A DNA stretch of 64,000 nucleotides. Source: Yuukianura sp. NJ FZ-2021 (Eukaryota). This document shows positions 39,101 through 49,808 of this stretch, piece by piece (within the stretch, counting starts at the first letter, position 1; each line of letters begins with the position of its first letter). The notes under the pieces are model-generated. The model was not told where the DNA came from. It was given only the letters and a program-made list of their open reading frames with translations, and did not search any database. Where the stretch lies: positions 124,001-188,000 of the forward strand of contig CM102284.1 of the NCBI GenBank assembly GCA_046563655.1, written 5' to 3'. Both the position numbers and the translations under genes were made by a program.

Positions 39101-41466
39101 AATTTAACTTTTGATTTTTCCCGCTCTTTTTGGACGACGCTCCAGAGACTTTCTGGCTCACTAAACCTCGGAAGTCGCGGAATCTGTTGCATAATTTAGC
39201 ACATCTCTCCTCCCATTCAATTTATAATAACTCAAAGACCAATGAATATAAATAGACAACGATCAACATTTTCCAACAGAAAACTGCTTTTTTTTTTTTA
39301 ACGGAAAACTCTTTTTTCCAACGAAAAACTTTCTTTTTTAACCAAGAAGTGAGAAAATGCAAAGGAAAAATGAAAATGTGGAACAGCCGAGAAAAATTAA
39401 AATGTGGAAATTCTCTCATCGTCTTGTAAGAAAAGACAAACTCTTTTTTTTATGATGGGAATGAAATTGAAATTTGTGTTTACTCGGATCGTGTTCGACA
39501 AGGAAATTAAGTTTTCCAGAAAGTTGTTGTTTGTTTTGGCTCCAACTTTTGAAATTCCAAGGAGGCGGAAAGTTTGAAATTCATTGCGGAATTCCTAATA
39601 ATTTCCTCTTCTTCCCTGTCATCATCATCACCCCATTCCAAACAGCCTCCAAATGATTTACATCTCAATCTCAGCTCTCACAAAAAACATAAACACGCCT
39701 TTTCAAAACACTTTTCCAAATGTTTTCCAAAATGTCTTTTTTCAAAATTTAGTTTCTACAATGTCCTGCTTTGTAAGTTGTAGTAAGCGAGAGGTCAGAA
39801 CAAAGCTGATGCAAAGTAAGATTAATCTGGAGGAGAGAATCTCCAGAGATCCATTTCTCATCTTAATCTGCATCTCGAGTCATGACCGAACTGACACGAC
39901 TGCGCTGTCACCTTCACTTCAAAAAAAAACTTTTTTAAATTCTAAAAAACATGCACGCTTGACAGCCAGTCAGCCACGGACTTTTTGAACACACGGTCTT
40001 GCATCACTGTTCCAAAAAAATTAAAATTTCAAAAATCCTTACATTTTTGTTGCTTTGTAAAACTTATTTTGCATATTTTTAAAAATCAAGTTAACAAGTT
40101 TTTAAATAAAGCGTACAATTTTGCAACAAGCGGCGTCAATTTTTCTTTGAGAATTTAACTTCGTTGAGAATTGGAACCTGCGGCAGTTTGAATTCCGCGG
40201 TTTTTTGTGTAGTTTGTAAATGAGATTGGTTTTCCTTATAAGGCGAGTGTTGCCTGTCACTCACAAATCTGATGAAGACGTCAGCTAAAAGTCTCCGAAA
40301 AGGCGCCATTTTGAGTGTCTCTTTTTAAAAGTTGTCTACCTTGGTCTCATCGCATGACAAGAGTGGAGCTGTGTGCTAACGTTGTACTTTTGTGATTTCG
40401 TGGTTTAGAGAAGGCGGGAAAGCGGAAGAGGATCCCAATTAGACTCAATCACGGAGAAAGTGAATGAGAGAAAGCTCAGAGGGGATTAGGCTCGCATCTC
40501 TCCACTAACCTAACATAAACCTAACTTCAAATAAAACTAACATGAAATGAACAGAAGGATCAGAGACAGTAATTAAAACGACCAAAGTACTAATACACGC
40601 TCTTCAAATTAAACTTTTACAAATTCAACCACTAAAATTCTACACTATTCAGAAATCCAAAGTAAGAGATTTAAATTCACAGCAAGAAGAATACCAACGG
40701 ATTAAAATCTCGAATTTGAGTTGCATGAAAGTGGCTTTTATGCTTCAAAAATTTTGAAATTTTGTGAAATTTTCAATAAATTAGCTCTCATAATCAGACT
40801 CTAAATTTGACTCCAGCAGATGCTGCGGTAGGTTATGAAACTGTTGAAAACGAGCAGAAAACTTTTGAAAAGTTTTTACAACTCAACTTTTTTTCCTTTC
40901 GTTTTTGCACTTTTGTTCAAACTTTTGGACAAACAGAGTCATGTAACATGTTTGCTCAAAATTTTTTTTGTGAAAGTCAGAGCGCCGTTAAAATGGACGT
41001 TTAAACCAGAAAGTTAAAAGTGAGTTAAAACGGGAACTTTTAACATATTGAACTGTGAAAATAAAAGTGTCGTGCAGAAGGGGAGTTTAAGGACTTTGGT
41101 TTTAGTGGTTTGGTGGGTTAAAATCAATAGGTAATGATTATTATGTGAAGGGGATTTACCCATTGGACAGCTGCAAATGGCATTGTCTTCTACGTCTCTC
41201 CTCTCCCGAACTCTTGACCCACCAGGCCCCACCAACTGCCCCACCAAAACTTTTAGTTGCCCCACCTCACTCTCTACTTCCTCCAACTGTCTGTTCAAAC
41301 TACACAATTGCACAAAACACACAACTAGAAATACACACAGGGTCAGAGTCACGACCCAATGCACAACACAGCCCCCCGCCAGCCCCGACCCCCACCAGGT
41401 TCTTTTTTTCTGGTTGCCACCACTGTCCACTTTGTCGCCACCAGTTGCCACCTCGTTGCCACCCAT
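27129..41466 (-). CDS. Membrane-associated collagen with interrupted triple helices (MACIT; collagen XIII/XXIII/XXV, COL-99, CG42342-like), ~33 exons
   Basis: Exon 1 (41466-41160) encodes a cytosolic N-terminus, a TM helix, a heptad coiled coil, the furin-type site RVRERR and CSCP. About 30 small Gly-X-Y exons lie between 34812 and 27443. An NC segment reads GVKRSVTSVSGGTIGFAEIIAIK. The C-terminal NC reads GLDAPCPLGPDGLPLAGCGW. Stop TAG 27129-27131. Confidence 0.92.
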
Positions 41467-41734
41467 GGCACTATGTACAAATTTACACCAAAGCCACTGC
41501 AAAACTTTTGCTTTGTTGCCACTTTACCACCTCAGTGGCAACGGCTGTAGCCACTTTTTGGAACCACCCTCTTTGTTGTCACCTTTGACACGACAGTACA
41601 AGTCCAATTGTAGCCATCAGACTAAAAACTTTACATCTTCCGATTTCCGAACAATTTTGGATTTGTGTCTGCCAAATCCGAGGATTAGTTCACCTTTGTC
41701 ACCCGGATTTTCACTTCTCCTTGGAGTATCTGGC

Positions 41735-41860
41735 GATTTACTTTCTGGAATTTAGGGATTTGCTTTTCGTTGGAATTTCGGATTTGCTTTTCCTCGGAAT
41801 TTGAGGACTTGCTTTTCGTCGGAATTTCGGATTTACTTTTCGTCGGTATTTCGTTATTTA
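41735..41860. repeat. Short tandem repeat (~23-24 nt, GGAATTTCGGATTTGCTTTTCGT) upstream of the collagen ATG
   Basis: Four to five degenerate copies are directly visible. Confidence 0.7.
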
Positions 41861-44685
41861 CTTTTATTTTCCCCGGAAGCTTGTTTACTTTTTGCACCGG
41901 ATGTTATGTTCTTCGGCTGAACTTTGTTGACGATTCCTCTGAATTCACTTTTCTTGGAAGTAGTTTCTGGAAGACAGAATCTGTTTGAAATGGAGAAAGT
42001 GTTTCTCGTTCAGAGACTAAAAAGTGACTGGGCCTGAGTGTGGATCGTGTTGACGAAGTTACGTTTGGAGGTTGTGCTGGAGCTGCAGTGGGGTCTTGGC
42101 CTACACTCCCGTCGTCATGGCAACTCAAGTGGCAACGGCATTCCTCCACCACAACACACACTCAGGGACGCTCTTTACACAAAAAATCAAACCTCAAAAT
42201 TCCAACGAGATCTCCAAAAAATCAACCCTTCCTATCTTCCGTGGACTCAAGGGCTCCCCTCAGCAACTGGACTGCTGAGGGGAGCCCTTAAATGGACCTC
42301 TGGTGGTCCCTGCGTCTTCCTCTGCCTTCCCTTGTAAGGGCACGTGCTGGGACTTTACAGCTACTTTTCGAAATTTAAAGCCACTTTTTGGAGAATTGCG
42401 GTAACTGGAGAATGGCGCAGAGAAGTCTCAAGGGTCCCCCAAACAAAACAAAAGGTATGACACAAGGACTCTTGCAACAACAAAAAGCAAAGGAAGACCC
42501 TGCAAGGGCTTTTCCAAAATCACAATTCTAGACCCTTAAGGGCCCTCACAAATCAAACCACCAAAATATTTTGGCACACCCTGTTTTTGCCAAAAACTGT
42601 CCAAAGTTCTTGGAAAAGTTGACCCCCCAAGGGCTGCGAAATCAAGCTGAAAGTGCTTCTGTGCAGAAGAACAATGGAGTTGGAGATTTTATTGCGATTG
42701 GATCTGAGTTTTATAAAGTGGGCCCTTCATAAGGGGAGCCCTTAACAAAAGAACTGCGTCACTTTCCGCTTCATCCGAAAAGACATCTTTGTGACAGTGA
42801 TAAATTTTCAAAAATAACAACGAACGCCTTACTTTTTTTCTCTTTTTAAGAAAAGCTTAGAGAAAAACTTTAGTTTGTTAAACTTTTATTTTGTTTGAGA
42901 AGAGCAGTTCGTTTTAAGCAGTGGAGGTTTTTATTGATTTGGTGCAGAAAACGGAGTCCACCTGCCAATATTTGGCAAAGCACAGCGGCAACTTCAAAAT
43001 TCACAAAAATCCAGTTGGAATTCCACTCTGACTTTGGCAAATAAATGACTCAACGCCAGACAACGATAAAAAGTCACTCAACTACTCCACAACTCACAAA
43101 ATCAAAACAACTACCTCACTTCAACGCAATTTCTGCCTTTTATGCACACTTTTATTGCAACCTTTGAACATTTATGTACACTCACTTCAATTCTGCACAA
43201 ATTCGGATTCAAATTGTCTCTCTTTTCTCTCTAAAAACTTTCACTCTCTTCTTCAGCTTAGTTTCTAGCTGTAAGGGAATGTTTTACTAAATTCTGATCT
43301 TTATAAAATAAAGTTACGATGTTTTTGGAAGTAATTTAGTTATTTTTGAAAATGGGGAATTTGAGTTGATGAAAAAGTGATTTTTGGAATGTAGCTAAGG
43401 AAGAGTTTAGTTTAGTGTTAATGAGTGTCTTTCTAGTAGAGTACACTTTGACTACTTCCTAATCCAATTCCAACTCTCATCTTCCATCATCAACACTCAA
43501 ACTATCTCCACATTTCCATCTTCACAAAAAGTCATCTCCCAAATATCTTCCAAATTTTATCAAAATCACTTCTCTCTTCTTCCAACTTTCTCCTAACTCT
43601 TTTTCTCTCCTAAGTTAGCAAAATGTGTTTTCCGTCAAGTGCAGATGCACCACTCGATTCCAGATAAGATTCTGTGCAGATTTGGCACAGAGCGAGAGAA
43701 TTATGGTGTTTACCAAAAAAACTGAACATGATCTGCCCCTTCTTGTCCAAAATCTGACGACGTTCATTAATCTTCTCGCTTTTTATCAAAAATCAACAAA
43801 AAGAAGAACTTAATCTTGAGTTTTTTGAATAAAAATCCAAAGACAAAAAAGTTGCTCTTTGACACTCTCCGCCTCCTTTATGTGCAGATTGTAAATTGCA
43901 AAGCGTGGTTTTGCACTGTGGTGCAAAAAGTGATTCCTCACAAATAGTTGTTTCTAATGGGCCGAAACTTAAAAGAAAACAAGTTGTGCGCAGATTGTGT
44001 CTGAGAATGTTGAATGCAGATTCTTGGAAGTAGTTTTGGTAAGTTACGATACAAGGAGGGGGAAGATTCAAAAGAAGTTTAAAAAGTAATTGAGTGGTTC
44101 CTAATTTCTTGATCTTCACAATTGCAATGTTGTAACTTTATCATTCACTTCCTCGTGGAACCATCTTCATCTTCTCACATCACACAAACATCAAATCACA
44201 CACAAAAAGAAGCAACTTTCTCTAAATTAATGAACAAAATTCCAAAGATTGTTGACTTTGTGCCAAAGTCACAAAAAAGTGTGAAGAGGCACAATGGAGA
44301 TCAAAATGGGAAATGAAGATTAAAAAAAGCCTAAAGTGCACCAGTTGGTCGCGGGAGGTTTTTAGAACAGTTTGAAAATTTTAAAACAACTTTTACATCA
44401 CACTTTTTTTTTAAAAAGTCAGTTTTGAAAGATTCAAAAACTTTGACAGGGGGTGGATCCTTTCCGGAATTTTCAAAAGCGGAAGGCGTAAAATTGTTCT
44501 AAAATTAAAAGTGATCTTCAAACAGTTTTTTTTAACTTTTTTTTGCAGTTTAAATAAAAACACACTTCCATTTATTCAGATAAACGAACAAGCATTCAGA
44601 ACATTCACACCACACTTGAGACTTTGGATGACTTGAAATTTGGAACTTCAAAATTTGAAATTTTCAAAATTTTGAATTTTGAAAT

Positions 44686-46427
44686 TTAGTGTTTGCTAGG
44701 TAGTCCGTAGGTGTTTTGTGGAGGTCCGTATGTGTTTTGTGGTGGTCCGTATGTGTCCTGTGGCGGTTGAACTGGAACTGGAGCTTGTGCTGGTGCTGGA
44801 GCTGCTGCAAAGTACTGGGGTGCTGCTGCAGCGATGTACTGCGGAGCTGCTTGTGCTGCAAAGTACTGCGGAGCTGCAGCGAGATACTGCTGTTGAGCAT
44901 AGGCAACTGGAGCAGCATAGGCGACTGGTTGCGGAGCAACGGCAACTGGAGCAGCAGCTACTGCGACTCCTTGCTGTACTGCAACGGCTTGTCCAACTGC
45001 TGGTCCCGAGTAGGTCACTGGTCCGTTAACACTGTTCAAAAAATCCAAAATTTTAACACTGAAATTTTCGTTTTCCGATTTTCAAAAATCGATAGTTTAA
45101 GTTGATTCAAATACCGACACTTTCGATTTTTTAAAATAATAACAGTTTTTTTTATGAATTTGTTCCTTACCCGACGGTTGGGTTCAAGTATTGCTGAAAA
45201 AAGAAGGAATATTGTAGTACTTGCAGAAATTGTGAGAAATATGATTTCAATTTGTTTCAAAATTTGGAAAAGTGTTTCTAAATTTTGAAAAAGTGAAACT
45301 TACAGTGTAGACAGTGTTGTACTGGACTGGAGCAATCTTGCCTGGTCCATGGGCACTCTGGCTGTATCCCTGGACATGTCCGACTGACAGCGCAGGCTCA
45401 CTGTGCGTGTTGTACGTCGTTGTCTTGGTGACAACCGGAGTAATTGTCTTGGTCACTCCAACAGTCTCTACGTTCCTGATGGCAGCAGCAGGCACTTGCT
45501 AAACGTCAAATGTCGAAAGTTAAAAGCTAGTTTTATCCACATATTTTAACTTTTAACTATTAGTTTTAACCCAAAGTTTAACATTTTTCGTGTAATACCT
45601 GAGCATAGGTTTGTGGTCCAGCACTCTTGTACTGTTCAGCAACGGCTACTGGGGCCTAGTTTACAAAAAAAAACATTTTTTTTTTGAGTGGCGTCAATCA
45701 AATAAGTTTCGGTTTTTTAAAAAAATGGGTCTACTTTTAATAAAAAGTTCCACTTACAGCAACAGCAGCGGCGACTGGTGCTGGAGCAGCATAGGCCTAA
45801 AATTCATAAAATTCACTTTAAAATTTAGTTTCTTACATTAAACTTTGTTTTTAAAGTTTTAGTCTTACTGGAGCGGCGTAAGAAGCATAGGCAGCTGGAG
45901 CAGCCTAAATTACAAAATACAAAACATTTTAAATTGTTCAAATATAAATTTAACTTTAATCTTTTGTTCACATTTTGTTTTAAATTTTCAATAGTTGAAA
46001 ACTATTTTCTTACGAATGCAACTGGGGCTTGGGCGAACTGTGGTGCAAAAGCAAACTGCTGAAAGTTGGCGTAGGCCGCTGGAGCTGCAACGGCTGCTTT
46101 AGCTAAAACCAAACCAAACATTGGACTATTTGAGGTCAAAGGTCAAAGGTCAAAGGTCAACTAACCGACTACTGGTGCTGCCACTGCATATCCTGCTGCT
46201 CCTCTTGCTTGTCTCAGTCCAGCATCTTTCCCTGCCACCAGCGCTGCAATTTAACAAACAGATTCACAATCCTCAAAATTCACAATTCAGATGTCAACTT
46301 TTCAAAAATTGAGGTTCTGCAGAACCACTTTTCGCAGAACTGTTGTGCTAAACTTTAAACTTTTGTAGAATTGGAGAATGTGAAAATGGAGCTTACCAGA
46401 ACAAAGGATGACGATGAAGGCTCTCAT
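44686..46427 (-). CDS. Ala/Pro/Val-rich low-complexity cuticular protein, paralogue 1 (~9 exons)
   Basis: Signal MRAFIVILCSALVAG; RQAR site; AAPA/AAPV repeats; exon QVPAAAIRNVETV...SEPALSVGHVQGYSQSAHGP; C-terminal PQ(N/D)TYGP repeats. Junctions are in frame. No R&R motif recognised. Confidence 0.85.
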
Positions 46428-47026
46428 TTTGAAATGAAAACAAAAGCTGTTACAATTGATACTGTTTGTTGTCTGTTGTGGATGTAAGGAGCGAAGTGAT
46501 GGTGGATTGATTAAGTTGAATCCTTAAATACACTAATCACTAACTTTCACCTACTTCTTAGTAATGCTTCCATTGCTTCAGTTGTTGGTCGGAAGTGACC
46601 CCACAGTGCTAAAAAGTGACCCAGCAACTTCTGAATCTTTATCATCCGGTTTATACATTGAGTCTTCTGCATTTGAAATTGCATAACCCCTGCCTCAGGT
46701 GAGACTGTTGTTGTATAAGATGTCAAGTGAGCACTTGGTCAATGGGAGCAGGAAGTAGCCTCTCCCAACGCACAAAAACATGACAAAACATTTAGTTACT
46801 TCTACTTTGGAACTACTTTGAATTACTTTGAATTTGAGGCAATTCCTAATTCAGAGCAGAGCTTCGTCAAAGATGAACAATTAGAAAAAATGGAGGAAGT
46901 GGAACACTACTAAAGTGAATTTTTTTAATTTGTATTTTAATTCTAATTAGTTGTTGACTAATTAAAAGATGTTTTATGTATTATTTTTTATAATTTATAA
47001 TAAATTAAACGTGGAAGTGTAAATGT

Positions 47027-47658
47027 TCAGAATGTCATTGATGACTGGATGTTGAAGTGGTGTGGGATGTCTTCTGCTGTGATGATTTTGGATTCCTGTG
47101 GCCACTGGAAGTGATACTCCGGCAGTAGGTTCGATCCCTGCCGTCGGGAGGAGGGCGGCGGTGCGTTGGAGTTTGCCGCTTCACTCATCATCGGAGTCCA
47201 CGAATTCGGAAAACTGTTCGCATCTTCATCAAGAACTTAAAAGTTAGAAAAAAAAATAGAAATTTAAAAAAATCAGATTTACTTTCACTTTTTAAGTTTT
47301 GTTATTCAAAACTTTACTTTGGCTGAGAACTGGAGAATGGGCGATGTGATCTGGCAGCACAGCGGAAATTCTGGACAGGATTTCAGAGTTGTCCGGTGGA
47401 GTGTCTTTTGATTCCTGCACTGGAACGCCATTCACCTAAAAAATTTCAAAATTTTAAAAATTTCCAAAAGTTTTGTTATAAATTTTGGTTTTTTGAATTT
47501 TAGAGAGCACTTACGATGGTGTAGTAGCGTGTGTTTTTGGCTACGTAGTTTTTCATTAGTTCGCCCAAGAAGGAACTCACATCTTGTGACAAACTCAGTT
47601 CAAATTGAATCAGACCCAACAAAAACAGTAAAAGTAAGCCACTTTTCTTTGAAATCAT
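47027..47658 (-). CDS. Small secreted protein of unknown function (~157 aa); exons 47658-47515, 47435-47318, 47236-47027
   Basis: MISKKSGLLLLFLLGLIQFELSLSQD signal; ...RYYTI|VNGVPVQ...LSQ|ILDED...SSMTF*. gtaagt/gtaaag donors, frame kept. TATTTAA ~120 bp upstream. Confidence 0.8.
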
Positions 47659-48326
47659 GTTTGAAAAAAATGAAAATCCAAAACCAAAAAGTCAAAATTT
47701 AAAAAAAAGTTAGAATCGCAGTACTGTGGAAAAATGATGAAGGTGGAGTTGTTTGAACTGAGCTTGAGCCATGGTTTAAATACTTCGAACAGGAACGAAG
47801 CAACGGTGCTTTCTCCACTCAAATTTTTTTTTGAAAACGTTCCGTTTTTGATTTCCGTATCCTTGTTCAAACTCTGTTCAAACAGAACATGTCTTGTTCA
47901 AACAGAGAAGCACATTGTTCTGTTCCATCTAGGTTACTTTAGATTCAAATCAAGAGGGAAGTCCCTCCAAACTATAAATAATTTTGACCTCATTCACAAA
48001 CATCTACCATACAATCTTCATATTTCCACATTTTCCAACATTTCAATTTATTCTCAAAATTACAACATCTCAATTTCCACATTTTCAAAATTTCAACATT
48101 TAAATTTCACCATTCTCAAAGTTTCAGTCTAAAATTCATTATTACAAAAGGACTAAAATCTTGTTTATATAAATTGCTAAATGTTGTTTTATTTGTGCAT
48201 TTATCGTAACTTTTTTAGTTGGCTATTCATTTCTACTTGACTTTGAAAATGACTGGAATTTTTAACTTGTTAGTTGAGATTCATGTGAGACAGTGTTTTC
48301 AAAAAACATTTTTTAAAGATGTTTGT

Positions 48327-49724
48327 TTAGAAAGCAGCGTGAATGTTGTGGTGAGCTGAGTCGTATCCAGCGGAAGTGAGGAGAGCGGAAGTATCGAATG
48401 CTTGAATTCCGATGACTGCTGCTTGGGCAGCATGAGATGCTGCTGGGAATGCTGCTGCAGGGGGTGTGGCGTAAGCTCGGTTTTCAGGGCCGGCAGGAAT
48501 CTGGTGCAGATTGTTTGCAGTAAGGAACTGCTGATTATTGAAACCGAAAAGTGGTGACGGATTGACAATTCTGCCGGCAAATGCTGCATTGTAGGCGTTT
48601 GGTGCAGCGTTGTAAGCAGCTGGAGCGATTGCTGCGGGACCAAAGTTTGCAGCAATTGGGGCAGCATATGGTTGCTGGGAGTAGAGAACTGGTTGCGGAT
48701 CTGCAACTGCGACAGGTTGACCTGCAGGTTGGACTGGAACTGCAACTCCTTGGACAGGGACAGGTTGGGCCACAGGTTGAGGAACTGGTGCAACTGCAAC
48801 TCCTTCCTGCACAGCAATTCCTTGACCCACGGCTGGACCAGCATACGTCACTGGACCATTCACTCCAACAGTCGGGTTCAGGTATTGCTGCAAACAAAAA
48901 GAATCAAAGTTACTCACAATCGCTTGACAGCAATCACTTTACAGCAATTTGCAGCAATCGCTTTACAACACTCACTTTACCGCAATAGCTTTACAGAAAT
49001 CGAAATCATCGCTTTACACTACTCCACAACAGTCGCTTTACAGCAATTGATTTACAGTAATTGACAGCGTAATTTACAGTAATTGGCTTTACAACAATTG
49101 GTTTTGCTGAAACCTTGTTACCGTGTACTGCGTGTTGTACTGGACAGGAGCGACCTTGGCTGGTCCATGGGCACTTTGACTGTAGCCTTGGACATGTCCA
49201 ACTGACAGTGCTGGTTCGCTGTGAGTCTTGCGCGTCGTTGTCTTCGTGATGACCGGGGTGATCGTCTTCGTCACATCAACAGTCTCCACATTCCGAATGG
49301 CAGCAGCCGGAACTTCCTACAGTCAATCCAAATCACAATTTTAAAAAGTTGACGCATGCGCAAAGCTGTTTTGCTATTTTTAAACTACATGTTGATATCT
49401 CTGCGGTGCAGAGTGAACTTGTTGCTCTACAACTGCTGCTGGAGCCGCTGGAACAATTGCCTGTGCTGGAGCAGCATGCAGGTTTCCTCCCAACGCAATT
49501 CCTAAATTTCAAAAAATTTCAATTTTTGAAAAAAATTTAAAGTGACAAAATTTGTAAATAAAAAAAGTAGAACATTTTTTTGAGTGAAAAGCTTTTCATA
49601 AACACTTGACGCAAACTAAAATGTTTCACTGGAATGTCGTTTAAAAAACTCGTAAAAAACTTGAGGAGTTGGGAGTGTTTGACTAACCGAAGAGTGCGAA
49701 AATGACAAATCCGACTTTGTACAT
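48327..49724 (-). CDS. Ala/Pro/Val-rich cuticular protein, paralogue 2; exons 49724-49688, 49501-49389, 49316-49122, 48888-48327
   Basis: Signal MYKVGFVIFALFGIALG. The central domain is near-identical to paralogue 1 (VPAAAIRNVETV.VTKTITPV...HSEPALSVGHVQGYSQSAHGP...QYLNPTVGVNGPVTY.GPAVGQ). Confidence 0.85.
48920..49095. repeat. Intronic degenerate tandem repeat (GCTTTACAGCAAT core)
   Basis: About nine TTTACA(G/C)-containing units fill most of the intron. Confidence 0.7.
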
Positions 49725-49770
49725 GCTGATTTTGTGCAGTTCTGTTGATTAGTGAGTCCTTTGTGCCTTG

Positions 49771-49808
49771 GACTGATGGTGCATCGGCTGAGGTCAAATT
49801 CTTTTATA
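49771..49808 (-). promoter_or_regulatory. TATA box plus arthropod Initiator of cuticle paralogue 2
   Basis: TATAAAAG (49808-49801) followed ~30 nt downstream by TCAGTC (49776-49771), about 50 nt before the ATG. Confidence 0.7.

Noticed and set aside
41685-41897. ORF with EIPTKSKS repeats upstream of the collagen
   Set aside because: Product of a short tandem repeat; the frame shifts between units and it does not join the collagen frame.
44716-45105. Cys/Trp-rich plus-strand ORFs (also 48581-49064, 2650-2955, 24297-24616)
   Set aside because: Antisense or off-frame shadows of low-complexity real coding exons.
47120-47150. GGTTCGATCCC resembling a tRNA T-arm / Pol III B box
   Set aside because: No D-arm, anticodon arm or acceptor stem; it is the antisense of a coding exon of the 47027-47658 gene.
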